NCBI GenBank assembly: GCA_043737315.1
Contig: JAYTAT010000911.1
Span: 1-41,681, forward strand
From: Archangium sp.
GTDB lineage: Bacteria > Myxococcota > Myxococcia > Myxococcales > Myxococcaceae
Direction: 5' to 3'
DNA: 41,681 nucleotides
In this document: positions 8,966 to 18,287 of the stretch, piece by piece
Layout: each line of letters starts with the position of its first letter
Numbering within the stretch: the first letter of the stretch is position 1
Program-made: the position numbers and the translations under genes
The notes under the pieces: model-generated
The model's database searches: none
The model's input: the letters and a program-made list of their open reading frames with translations, nothing else
What the model was told of the DNA's origin: nothing

Positions 8966-8999
8966 CGAGCCGCCACTCCATTTTCGGGAGGGCGGCTCG
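8966..8999 (-). terminator. hairpin downstream of rpsI (probable terminator of the rplM-rpsI operon)
   Basis: CGAGCCGCC/GGCGGCTCG 9-bp stem extended by CTCC/GGAG, with a 7-nt loop. On the minus strand it is followed by a T-containing stretch (TCGATGTGTTTCC). Confidence 0.5.
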
Positions 9000-9023
9000 G
9001 GTGACCTGCAGAAAACGCGAGAC

Positions 9024-9425
9024 TTAGCGCTTGCTGAACTGGAAGCGGCGACGGGCGCCGGGCTGGCCCGACTTCTTACGCTCGACGGAGCGCGAGTCGC
9101 GGGTCAGGAAGCCGGCCTTCTTCAGCGGCGGGCGGTATTCGGGGTTCAGACGAGCGAGCGCACGCGAGAGGCCGTGGCGAATCGCACCGGCCTGGCCCGA
9201 GAGCCCGCCGCCGCGAACGTTCACAGTCATGTCGATCTTGCTCACCTGCTCCAGCACCTGAAGGGGCTGGTTGATGATCATGATCGACGTCTCACGCCCG
9301 AAGTACTCATCGAGGGGGCGACCGTTGACGAGCATCGCGCCCGTACCGGTCTTGATCCAGACGCGCGCAGTGGCTTCCTTGCGGCGGCCGGTTGCGTAGA
9401 AACCATCAGTGCCAGACTTGGCCAT
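9024..9425 (-). CDS. rpsI: 30S ribosomal protein S9
   Basis: 133 aa ending ...[19 protein letters not shown]...[27 protein letters not shown]. Confidence 0.95.
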   Translation of the reverse strand: MAKSGTDGFYATGRRKEATARVWIKTGTGAMLVNGRPLDEYFGRETSIMIINQPLQVLEQVSKIDMTVNVRGGGLSGQAGAIRHGLSRALARLNPEYRPPLKKAGFLTRDSRSVERKKSGQPGARRRFQFSKR

Positions 9426-9449
9426 TTTCGTGTCCGTTCTTCGAAAAAA

Positions 9450-9899
9450 TTAAGCGTTGACCTGCATGGCAGCCGGCTTCTGAGCCGTGTGCGGGTGCTT
9501 GTCGCCGGCGTAGACGCGCAGCTTGGTCATCATCTGGCGGCCCAACGCGTTGCGGGGAAGCATGCGGCGCACCGCGTTCACGATGATGTCTTCCGGGTGG
9601 CGACGCTGAAGGGTCTCGTAGTTCGAGCTCTTCAGGGTGCCGGGCATGCCGGGCACGCCCATGCGGTAGTACATCTTCTGGTTGGCCTTGTTGCCCGTCA
9701 CCTTCACCTTGTCGGCGTTGATCACCACGACGTGATCGCCAGTGTCGATCGACGGCGTGTACATCGGCTTGTGCTTGCCCTTCAAAAGGGAAGCGATCTG
9801 GCTACAGGCGCGACCAAGCACTTTGTCGGACACATCGATGATGTGCCACTCGTGCTTGATGTCTTTCGCCTTCGCGCTGTACGTACGCTGGTGCGGCAT
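9450..9899 (-). CDS. rplM: 50S ribosomal protein L13
   Basis: Start at ATG 9899 (MPHQRTYSAKAKDIKHEWHIIDV...GDHVVVINADKV...). The canonical rplM-rpsI pair. Confidence 0.95.
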   Translation of the reverse strand: MPHQRTYSAKAKDIKHEWHIIDVSDKVLGRACSQIASLLKGKHKPMYTPSIDTGDHVVVINADKVKVTGNKANQKMYYRMGVPGMPGTLKSSNYETLQRRHPEDIIVNAVRRMLPRNALGRQMMTKLRVYAGDKHPHTAQKPAAMQVNA

Positions 9900-9933
9900 G
9901 GGTTTGGAACCTCGATCAGAAAGGGCGGCCCTG

Positions 9934-12006
9934 CTACCTGTCGTTCCGCTGAGTGTCAAGGCCTGATCCACTCGGCGCGACTGCTTCTTTCTCGGTCTTG
10001 AGCTTGTCGCGCAAGCTGCTGAAGAAGCTTTTTTCCTTCACGGTGACCGGCCCCACGGGGATCGCCGCCAGTTCGACAACATCACAGAGTTGTTCGGGAA
10101 TATCGGCCAGGAACCGGCTGGGCATGCGGGCCATTTCTTTGCCCCGTTTGATGCGTGTCGCAGCCCGGGTCATCACCAGCCGATCTCGCGCCCGGGTCAT
10201 GCCCACATAGCAGAGCCGCCGCTCCTCTTCGGGGTTGGGCGCCTCGCCCTGCATGCCGCTGTGCGGCAACAGGTCTTCTTCCACGCCCACCATGAAGACC
10301 AGCTTCCATTCGAGCCCTTTTGAGCCGTGGTAGGTCATCAAGGTCACCCGCCCGGCGTGGTGGTGCGGCTCGTCTTCTTCCGACTTGGTGTCGAGGGACA
10401 GCCGGTTCAGGTACGTGAGCAGGCTCGCTTTGGGGCCTTCCCGTTTCTCGTAGTTCTCCAGCGACTGGATCACGTGGGCGATCGCCTTGGCCTTCCGATC
10501 CCCTGAGGCCAGCGTGGGGGCCGAAGCGCGCGCGCTGCCCACGAAGTCGACCTCGGCTATCAGCTCGCGGGTGAGCTGCGAGAGGTTGCCCCTGTTGAAG
10601 GCCTTCCGGTAGCGGTCGATCAGGCTGACGAACTCGAGCACTTTCTGCGCCGCGCCCGGGGGCAGCGTTTCGATCTCGTTCGCGCGATGCATCGCCTGCC
10701 AGAGGTGAACTTCCTGGCCCAGGGCCCACGCGGTGAGCCGCTCCATGGTGACGTCGCCGATGCCGCGCGAAGGCGTGTTCACGATGCGCAGCAACGAGAT
10801 CTCGTCTTTGGGGTTCGCGATCGCCCGGAAGTACGCGATCACGTCTTTGACTTCGCGCAAGTCGAAGAACTCGGTGCCGCCCAGCACCTCGTAGCGGACC
10901 TCGCGTTCACGCAAGAACTCCTCGAGGAAACGCGACTGGCCGTTGACCCGGTAGAGAATGGCCACCTCGTCGCAAGAGATGCCCTCCACGATGGCCCGCT
11001 TCACCTCAGAGGCCACCCAGCGCGCTTCGTCTTCTTCAGAAGGCGCGCAGCACAAAGTGATGCGGGGGCCCGCCTTCACTTCGCTCCACATGCGCTTGGC
11101 CCGGCGGTCGGGGTTCTTCTCGATCACCGCGTTGGCCGCGTCGAGGATCACCTGGTTGCTGCGGTAGTTCTGCTGCAAGCGCACTTCTTTGCCGCCGGGA
11201 AAGAGCCGCTCGAAGTCGAGAATGTTGCGCACCTCGGCGCCCCTCCACGAATAGATGCACTGGTCGTCGTCGCCCACCACGCACACGTTCAGGTGCGAGT
11301 CGCCCAGGTGGCGCAGCAGATCGAGCTGCGCCTTGTTCGTGTCCTGGTACTCGTCGACCATGATGTAGCGAAAACGCTTGGCGTAGTGCTCCTTCACCTC
11401 GGGGTGCTTCTCGAAGATGCGCGAGGGGAAGACGATGAGATCGTCGAAATCGACCGCGCCCTGGGCCTTGAGGGCGAGCTGGTAGAGCGGGAAGACCAGG
11501 TGGGCGACCAGCTCGATGTCGTCGTTCTCTTCGCCGTTGGGCTGTTTGTACGGCGGCTCGGTGCCCGAGCTCTTCGCCCGGGAAATCAAGGTGAGCACCT
11601 TGCGCGAGTCGAAGACCTTGTCGTCGATCTGCCGCTCCTTGATGGCGCGGCGCACCAGCGCTATCTGGTCACCCGTATCGACGATGGCAAACTTCTTGGG
11701 CCAGCCGAGCTTGCTCAAGTGTTCCTTGAGCACCTCGGCGCCGAACGCGTGAAAGGTCGAGAGCGTCACGCCGAGCGCGCGTTGCCCCGCCATCTGCACC
11801 ACGCGCTCCTTCATCTCGGAGGCGGCCTTGTTGGTGAAGGTCACCGCGAGGATCGAACGGGCGGGCACCTTCTTGTCGAGCAGGTGGCAGATGCGGTGCG
11901 TGATGACGCGCGTCTTGCCCGAGCCTGCGCCAGCGAGCACGAGCAGCGGCCCTTCGGTGGTGAGCACCGCTTCGCGCTGCGGGGGGTTGAGATGCGACAG
12001 ATCCAC
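9934..12006 (-). CDS. uvrD: ATP-dependent DNA helicase, UvrD/PcrA/Rep family
   Basis: GTG 12006 gives VDLSHLNPPQREAVLTTEGPLLVLAGAGSGKTRVITHRI... Motifs TFTNKAA, VDEYQDTN, QNYRS and TYHGSKGLEW are present. The 91-aa upstream extension in the track overlaps the SLT gene and is not helicase-like. Confidence 0.9.
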   Translation of the reverse strand: MDLSHLNPPQREAVLTTEGPLLVLAGAGSGKTRVITHRICHLLDKKVPARSILAVTFTNKAASEMKERVVQMAGQRALGVTLSTFHAFGAEVLKEHLSKLGWPKKFAIVDTGDQIALVRRAIKERQIDDKVFDSRKVLTLISRAKSSGTEPPYKQPNGEENDDIELVAHLVFPLYQLALKAQGAVDFDDLIVFPSRIFEKHPEVKEHYAKRFRYIMVDEYQDTNKAQLDLLRHLGDSHLNVCVVGDDDQCIYSWRGAEVRNILDFERLFPGGKEVRLQQNYRSNQVILDAANAVIEKNPDRRAKRMWSEVKAGPRITLCCAPSEEDEARWVASEVKRAIVEGISCDEVAILYRVNGQSRFLEEFLREREVRYEVLGGTEFFDLREVKDVIAYFRAIANPKDEISLLRIVNTPSRGIGDVTMERLTAWALGQEVHLWQAMHRANEIETLPPGAAQKVLEFVSLIDRYRKAFNRGNLSQLTRELIAEVDFVGSARASAPTLASGDRKAKAIAHVIQSLENYEKREGPKASLLTYLNRLSLDTKSEEDEPHHHAGRVTLMTYHGSKGLEWKLVFMVGVEEDLLPHSGMQGEAPNPEEERRLCYVGMTRARDRLVMTRAATRIKRGKEMARMPSRFLADIPEQLCDVVELAAIPVGPVTVKEKSFFSSLRDKLKTEKEAVAPSGSGLDTQRNDR

Positions 12007-12052
12007 GGCGGGGGCTCTTACACCGTTCCAGCGACGAGCAGTCGAGACCGGG

Positions 12053-12730
12053 TCAGGCCGTCTCGTAGTCGATGCCGCCGCCCCGAATCGGAGTGCCCTC
12101 TTCCGACTGCAGGGCGACCGGCTTGGGCGCGGTCGGCTGATAGCTCGAGGCCAACATCTCTTCAGGCGAGGCAGCGCCGGAAACGACGCGCGGCACGGCG
12201 TGGGCGATCTCTGGAATCCGCGCGCGAATGAGCTGCTCGTAGTGCCTGGCGTGGGGCCGGTTGCGGCCGCCGTTGCCACCGTGCCAGGCGCGCACCGCCT
12301 CCCACTCGCGGCCTCCGAACTTCGCGGTGAGCTGGTCGAGCTTCATCGCCAGAAACTCGATCTGCTTCTCGGGCGCGATGGTGCTCGCGTTGTGGCCACG
12401 GCCGACCCGAACGCCGCTCCACTTCTCGAAGTCGGGCAGCAGACCCGCGTCATCCAGCCCGATCAACCCGTGACCGGTGCCATCGCGGTGCACGCCGTGG
12501 TTGACGAAGCTCGACTCCTGCGCGACCACCGCGGCGACGATCTGCGGGTTCACGCCGTACTTCTGCGCGTACTTCGCGATCCACGGGGCGAGCGTGCTGA
12601 CGTCGATTTCCGCGTCTCGCGCGCGCGGCAAGCTGGGCAACGGGCGAGGTCCACCGATTCCGGTCGTCACGGCGCTGATTGTCGCGAGCTGTGAGGGCAG
12701 TTCGCAAGGGTCATGAAAGATTCCTCGCAC
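12053..12730 (-). CDS. lytic transglycosylase, SLT domain protein (start uncertain)
   Basis: YGVNPQIVAAVVAQESSF is the catalytic Glu-Ser motif context of SLT family 1. No ATG lies near the 5' end; GTG 12730 is the most upstream start. No signal peptide is visible. Confidence 0.7.
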   Translation of the reverse strand: MRGIFHDPCELPSQLATISAVTTGIGGPRPLPSLPRARDAEIDVSTLAPWIAKYAQKYGVNPQIVAAVVAQESSFVNHGVHRDGTGHGLIGLDDAGLLPDFEKWSGVRVGRGHNASTIAPEKQIEFLAMKLDQLTAKFGGREWEAVRAWHGGNGGRNRPHARHYEQLIRARIPEIAHAVPRVVSGAASPEEMLASSYQPTAPKPVALQSEEGTPIRGGGIDYETA

Positions 12731-13236
12731 GAACGCAGGCCTTGCGGCTTACTCCCGCCGTGGCGCGCGAAACGCGGAAGCAGACCGACCCGAAGGAAGC
12801 CCGGGAACTCGTTTCGTCGCTCGACAAGCGACGTTTTCTCGAGGAGCTGGGGCGGCTCACCAACACCTTCGCAGCCGATCCGGGCAACCCCGGCAGCTAC
12901 GCCTGCACCGACTGTGTTCGTTGTGCTCAGTGCATGTTCAGCGTCGAGTGCGAAGGGTGCTACGGCTGCACGCACTGCATTCGCTGCGAGCTGTGTAACA
13001 ACTGCACGCACTGCGTCGACTCGCGCTCACTCAACGCGTGTGCATACTCGGTCGAGAGTGAGAACTGCGCCAACAGCGCGTACGTGTACTTCTCGCGCAA
13101 CTTGTCGGACTGCACCTACTGCTTCGGGTGCGTGGGCCTGACCAAGAAGGACTTCCACATCTTGAATCAGGGCTTCAGCCGCACCGAGTACTTCGAGCTC
13201 GTGCTCAAGCTGAAGCGTGAGTTGAACGTCAAATAG
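12679..13236 (+). CDS. cysteine-rich CxxC-repeat protein of unknown function (start unresolved: TTG 12679, TTG 12742 or GTG 12760)
   Basis: There are 17 Cys between nt 12904 and 13131: C-TD-C-VR-C-AQ-C, then C-EG-C-YG-C-TH-C-IR-C-EL-C-NN-C-TH-C, then three more sites. Good third-position G/C bias. Confidence 0.65.
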   Translation: MSRAVRAVRKGHERFLARTQALRLTPAVARETRKQTDPKEARELVSSLDKRRFLEELGRLTNTFAADPGNPGSYACTDCVRCAQCMFSVECEGCYGCTHCIRCELCNNCTHCVDSRSLNACAYSVESENCANSAYVYFSRNLSDCTYCFGCVGLTKKDFHILNQGFSRTEYFELVLKLKRELNVK

Positions 13237-13243
13237 CGCGCCG

Positions 13244-14485
13244 CTACTCCAACCCGCGAGCCGCCAACTCGGAGTCGTCTTCACCGCGCAGGTGACCCAC
13301 TTCGTGCAGCAAGGTCACGCTGATCTGCTCCACCAGCTCGTCCCGGGTCTTCACCGCCCGGGCCAGGTTCTTCCGGTACAGCGCGATCGATCGGCACGGC
13401 GAACCCGGCTTCGCGTCCGGCTCCAGCTCGCACGGCTCACTCAAAGGCGTGCCGCGAAACAACCCCAGGATGTTCGGCGAAAGCGGCGGATCACCCGAGG
13501 TCAGATCGAGCACCGCCGGAAGATCCTCCATCGCCACCGGCACGCCCTTCAGATCCTTCCGCATGTCGGCCGGCAATTGAGAGATCGCCTTGTCGAGCTC
13601 TGCCTGGAATTCTTCCTTCGAGAGCAGCACCGGCGTGGGGAACGCCTGCAGGTCGAGCGCGCGCGCCTTGCCGAAGTGAACCTGGGCTTCCTGCTCCTTG
13701 CCTTCCCGCTCGAGCAGCAGCGCCAGGTGGTGGTGCGCCCAGGCTGCCCGTTCGGCGTCTGCCAGCAGGCGGGTGAACGCGGTCTTCGCGTCAGCGAACC
13801 GGCACAGTTCGAACAAGGCGACGGCCCGCTCGTAGAGTGCTTCGGGGTCGTCCTTCTCCCGGTGCAGCACCCAGTCAGCCCGATCAAGAGCGTCTTGCGG
13901 CTGCCCGGTGTCGTTGAAACCCATCGCCGACAACCGCGCGAACGACAACGCGAACGGCTCATCATGTTGCGCGGTGGCGAGCTCAAAGCCGCGTTCGGCA
14001 TACGCACTGCCCAGCTCATCGAGCTCACGGCTCGAAGGCATCAGCACGATGTAGAAGTGCGCCGCGCCCGCGAGCGCATCGAGGGAGTCGGGATCGATCG
14101 CCAGCGCCCGCGCATACGCGAGCACCGCCTCGTCGTTGCGCAGCAGCTGCGCCAGCGCATTGGCCCGCTCGGTATGCGCCAGCACGTCACCTGGCGAAAG
14201 CGCCGCTGCCTGAGCTGCGCATGACAACGCCTTTTCATATTCGCGCGCATCGAAGGCCTCGCGCGCGGCATCGAGCGGCAGTCGGCCCTTGCCTTCACAC
14301 AACGCCAGCGGGTGCACGTGAGGGGTGGCCGCGGTGGGCTCCTGCCGCACGATGTTCTTGGGCAGCGCGTGGCTCACCTCGGGCTGCGCAGCGCACGCCC
14401 CCGCGTCGGTCATGGGCGCGACCGCAGGGCCGCGGCACGTGCAGCCGTAAATCATGAGGGTGAAATAGAAGAAGAGGCACCGCAT
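13244..14485 (-). CDS. TPR-containing lipoprotein with C-terminal zincin-like (DUF1025/MtfA-like) HExxH metallopeptidase motif
   Basis: N-terminus MRCLFFYFTLMIYGC (lipobox-like). TPR-like central part. C-terminal ...VTLLHEVGHLRGEDDSELAARGLE. Confidence 0.65.
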   Translation of the reverse strand: MRCLFFYFTLMIYGCTCRGPAVAPMTDAGACAAQPEVSHALPKNIVRQEPTAATPHVHPLALCEGKGRLPLDAAREAFDAREYEKALSCAAQAAALSPGDVLAHTERANALAQLLRNDEAVLAYARALAIDPDSLDALAGAAHFYIVLMPSSRELDELGSAYAERGFELATAQHDEPFALSFARLSAMGFNDTGQPQDALDRADWVLHREKDDPEALYERAVALFELCRFADAKTAFTRLLADAERAAWAHHHLALLLEREGKEQEAQVHFGKARALDLQAFPTPVLLSKEEFQAELDKAISQLPADMRKDLKGVPVAMEDLPAVLDLTSGDPPLSPNILGLFRGTPLSEPCELEPDAKPGSPCRSIALYRKNLARAVKTRDELVEQISVTLLHEVGHLRGEDDSELAARGLE

Positions 14486-14508
14486 CGCTGTGACAGGAAC
14501 CTACCTGC

Positions 14509-15792
<1,284 letters not shown>

Positions 15793-15897
15793 TGACGTCC
15801 TCCTCACAAGGTGTTGGCCCAACTGTAACGCCTGAGCCGGGGTGGATTGCAATCTAGCAACCCCCGACCCACTTCTCACAAAAGAGTCCCTGCCTCT

Positions 15898-16527
15898 TCA
15901 GGCGTCCGCTTCCGCCCTCGCCGAGACCAGTTCTTCCAAATCGCTTGCCAACGCGTCGGCCCGATCCCGAATCGCCGTCGGCACCTTGCGGTTCGAGTGA
16001 AGTTCGGCCGCCAGGCGCTTCGAGGTCGCCCACAGCCTCTTGAGCTCTCCGGTAGAGTCGACCTTGACCTCGGGCGCGGGGAACTTCTCAACCAGCTCTT
16101 TCTTCAGCTCGCTGGTGGGTTTTTCCTGGTTCCAGATGGAGTCGCGGATCGACTTGTACTCGGTGGCGCTGAGCTGACCCCGCGCCTCAGCCTGAGCCAA
16201 CACCTCGATCACTTCGAAGGCGGGCGCCGCTTCCGCCAGCTCTGGCGTGCGCATGACCTGCGGTTCGTGCTTTTCCAGGAACCCAAAGTTGCGCGTGAGC
16301 TTGTCGGCCGTCTGTTTCTTGATGCGCAGCTCTGACAGGCAATAGGCATCGAAGGTGGGATAGCCCCACTCGGTGAAGGTGCCATCGTTGCGCACCTTTG
16401 CCAGCAGCTTGCCCAGCTCGACCCATGACGACTTGAAGCGCTTGGCCGCCAGCAGCACCGTCTGACGGAGGCTGCCTGGCTCGACCTCAGACATGTTGCG
16501 GCTGATCACTTCTTCGACGGGTGCCAT
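15898..16527 (-). CDS. hypothetical protein (helical; possible DNA-binding, family not recognised)
   Basis: About 209 aa from ATG 16527 (MAPVEEVISRN...). ATG 16566 is also possible. Consistent coding bias. Confidence 0.5.
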   Translation of the reverse strand: MAPVEEVISRNMSEVEPGSLRQTVLLAAKRFKSSWVELGKLLAKVRNDGTFTEWGYPTFDAYCLSELRIKKQTADKLTRNFGFLEKHEPQVMRTPELAEAAPAFEVIEVLAQAEARGQLSATEYKSIRDSIWNQEKPTSELKKELVEKFPAPEVKVDSTGELKRLWATSKRLAAELHSNRKVPTAIRDRADALASDLEELVSARAEADA

Positions 16528-16587
16528 GCGGGCCTCGCTTCTTTCAGCGCGGCCTCTCGACGGCAACTCAAAAGGCTGAAACGCCCG

Positions 16588-17451
16588 CTACCCCTTCTTC
16601 CCGACGTTGAAGGACAGGTTGACCGAGTTACCCGAGTGACCCGACTTGAAGGGCCACTTCTGCAGCTCCTTGAGCAGGCACTCCTGCAGGCCGCTGTCTT
16701 TCAGATCAGGGTTGTCGACCCACACCTTCGAGACCTTGCCCGCTTCGGCAATGGAGAACTCGATGGGGATCTTCAGGTACACGCCGGGTTTGGCGACGGT
16801 CTTGATGCAGGGAATCAGGCTCGACTTGTTGCGGGCGACCACCGCGTTGATGCCCGCTTCGTCGACCTCGCCCATCGACATGCCATCGGGGTCTGAGTTG
16901 CCCAGCGGCGGCTTGGTGGTGGGGTTCCTGGGCGGGTTGTTGCCCACGGGCGACCGGTTCGCGATGGGCGCGTTGCCCACCGGCGGCTTCTTGGTGGAGC
17001 CCTGGTAGTCGACCAGCTCGTCATCCACCCGGCGCTTGGCCTTGGAGATCGAGGGTGCGTCGATGGTGATGTCGCCCCAGGCCAGCTCTTCGGCGGTCTT
17101 GCCGTTGGGCGTGTGCACGGCCAGGTAGCTGCCCAGCACGGCGACCACGATGCCCAGGGTGACCAGCACGCCTGCGCCGATACCCAGCGCGCGGGTGAGC
17201 TTCTTCTTCTGTTCTGACTGGTGCTCGTGGGCGTGCGCGTCGACGCGCTTCTTGGCCTCTGACTTGGCGACGTGCACCTTGAAGTCGGCGATGTCAGAGA
17301 CCTTCTGAAACCGGCCCGAACCCAGCTGCTGCACTTCGCTTTGCGCGAGCAGCTCACCCGCGTACAGCTTGTCGATGATCTGCTGCGAAGCAACGGGACC
17401 CAGGATCAGGTCACCTTCGCGAAACAACCAGCCTTGATCATTCGGCCCCAT
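16588..17451 (-). CDS. GYF_2-domain / single-TM / TonB-C-like (AgmX/PglI-type C-terminal domain) protein
   Basis: N-terminus GWLFREGDLILGPVASQQIIDKLYAGELLAQSEV (GYF_2/DUF4339 pattern). TM segment ALGIGAGVLVTLGIVVAVLGSYL. Pro-rich linker. C-terminal about 90 aa ...VYLKIPIEFSIAEAGKVSKVWVD...LLKELQKWPF... Confidence 0.65.
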   Translation of the reverse strand: MGPNDQGWLFREGDLILGPVASQQIIDKLYAGELLAQSEVQQLGSGRFQKVSDIADFKVHVAKSEAKKRVDAHAHEHQSEQKKKLTRALGIGAGVLVTLGIVVAVLGSYLAVHTPNGKTAEELAWGDITIDAPSISKAKRRVDDELVDYQGSTKKPPVGNAPIANRSPVGNNPPRNPTTKPPLGNSDPDGMSMGEVDEAGINAVVARNKSSLIPCIKTVAKPGVYLKIPIEFSIAEAGKVSKVWVDNPDLKDSGLQECLLKELQKWPFKSGHSGNSVNLSFNVGKKG

Positions 17452-17505
17452 GGAGACCGCATTGTGGAGTCGGCGAACCAGAGGCGCAACTGGCGAAAGC
17501 AGCGA

Positions 17506-17670
17506 TCAGTCGTTCAACTTCTCTTCGTACTTTTCCAGCAGATCGCTGATGGCCTCACGGAGGTATTCGCTCTGACGGATTCGCGTCTCTTTCGAGAGAT
17601 CCTTGAGCATCTCGAGGCGGTCACGGTTGAGACGAAAAACCACCGAGGTGAGACGGGCGTTGTCGTTCAT
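17506..17670 (-). CDS. ribbon-helix-helix (CopG/Arc/MetJ-type) DNA-binding protein
   Basis: 54 aa from ATG 17670: MNDNARLTSVVFRLNRDRLEMLKDLSKETRIRQSEYLREAISDLLEKYEEKLND. This is the beta-strand / helix / helix pattern of RHH proteins. Confidence 0.65.
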   Translation of the reverse strand: MNDNARLTSVVFRLNRDRLEMLKDLSKETRIRQSEYLREAISDLLEKYEEKLND

Positions 17671-17693
17671 GTGCACACATGGTCTCACATGAA
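17666..17693 (-). promoter_or_regulatory. candidate RHH operator: three CATGTG/CACATG hexamers spanning the RHH start codon
   Basis: Plus strand has CATGTG (17668-17673), CACATG (17676-17681) and CACATG (17686-17691). The outer arms extend to the 8-bp inverted repeat TTCATGTG ... CACATGAA. Confidence 0.4.
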
Positions 17694-17721
17694 ACAACGT
17701 GGTCAAAAAAACACGCGTTCC

Positions 17722-17735
17722 TGATCAGCTGATCA
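17722..17735. repeat. perfect 14-bp palindrome TGATCAGCTGATCA overlapping the stop codon of the beta-barrel gene
   Basis: Read directly from the sequence and self-complementary over all 14 nt. On the minus strand it is followed by ...GTGTTTTTTTGACC. Confidence 0.6.
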
Positions 17736-18287
17736 CTCGAAGACGTAGGTCCGAAACTGGACACCGGCCATGACTTCGAACGAGAGCCGCAACGAGGTCG
17801 CGCCTCCGAGCTGACCACCGAGCTGCGCGTAAACGCCCATCACCGGCAGAAAATCGAACTGCACGCCGAACGCGCCGCGTACGCCGAACGCGAGATAGGG
17901 CGTGAGGTGCGCCGCGAGCTCGAGGTCGAAGAACGTCTTCCACTGGTCGTAGCCGATGCTGTTGCGAAGGCCTGCGTAGAACGACCCCCCGAGCGCGGTG
18001 AGCGGCCCCACGCCCGGGCTCAAGCGGCCGGCGATACGAAGCTCGTTGTGATCGCTCAGCGAGAGCGTGCCACCGACCTCGATGGGCAGCCGCACGCCCC
18101 GTTCCCCATTCGCGGTGGTGGTGACCGCGGCGACGACCTCTCCCCCGAAGGCCACGGTCAGGCCCAGAGAGCCGCGGTGGTCGTACCGGTCTTCAGCGAG
18201 CGCAAGGCCCGACGCGAGCAGCGCCACCCCGAAAAGACCAACCGTTCCCCTCGAACGAAGTCGAGGGGCCACCAGCGTGGTGAACAT
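17733..18287 (-). CDS. small predicted outer-membrane beta-barrel protein
   Basis: ATG 18287 shares 1 nt with the upstream TGA (TGATG). Signal peptide ...GLFGVALLASGLALAEDRY. Alternating hydrophobic strands rich in G/A/L. Aromatic near the C-terminus (...QFRTYVFE). Confidence 0.6.
   Translation of the reverse strand: MFTTLVAPRLRSRGTVGLFGVALLASGLALAEDRYDHRGSLGLTVAFGGEVVAAVTTTANGERGVRLPIEVGGTLSLSDHNELRIAGRLSPGVGPLTALGGSFYAGLRNSIGYDQWKTFFDLELAAHLTPYLAFGVRGAFGVQFDFLPVMGVYAQLGGQLGGATSLRLSFEVMAGVQFRTYVFE

Noticed and set aside
10687-12231. 514-aa plus-strand ORF
   Set aside because: It is antisense to the UvrD/PcrA helicase gene, which has all the helicase motifs. The shadow ORF is low complexity (R/H/L/V-rich).
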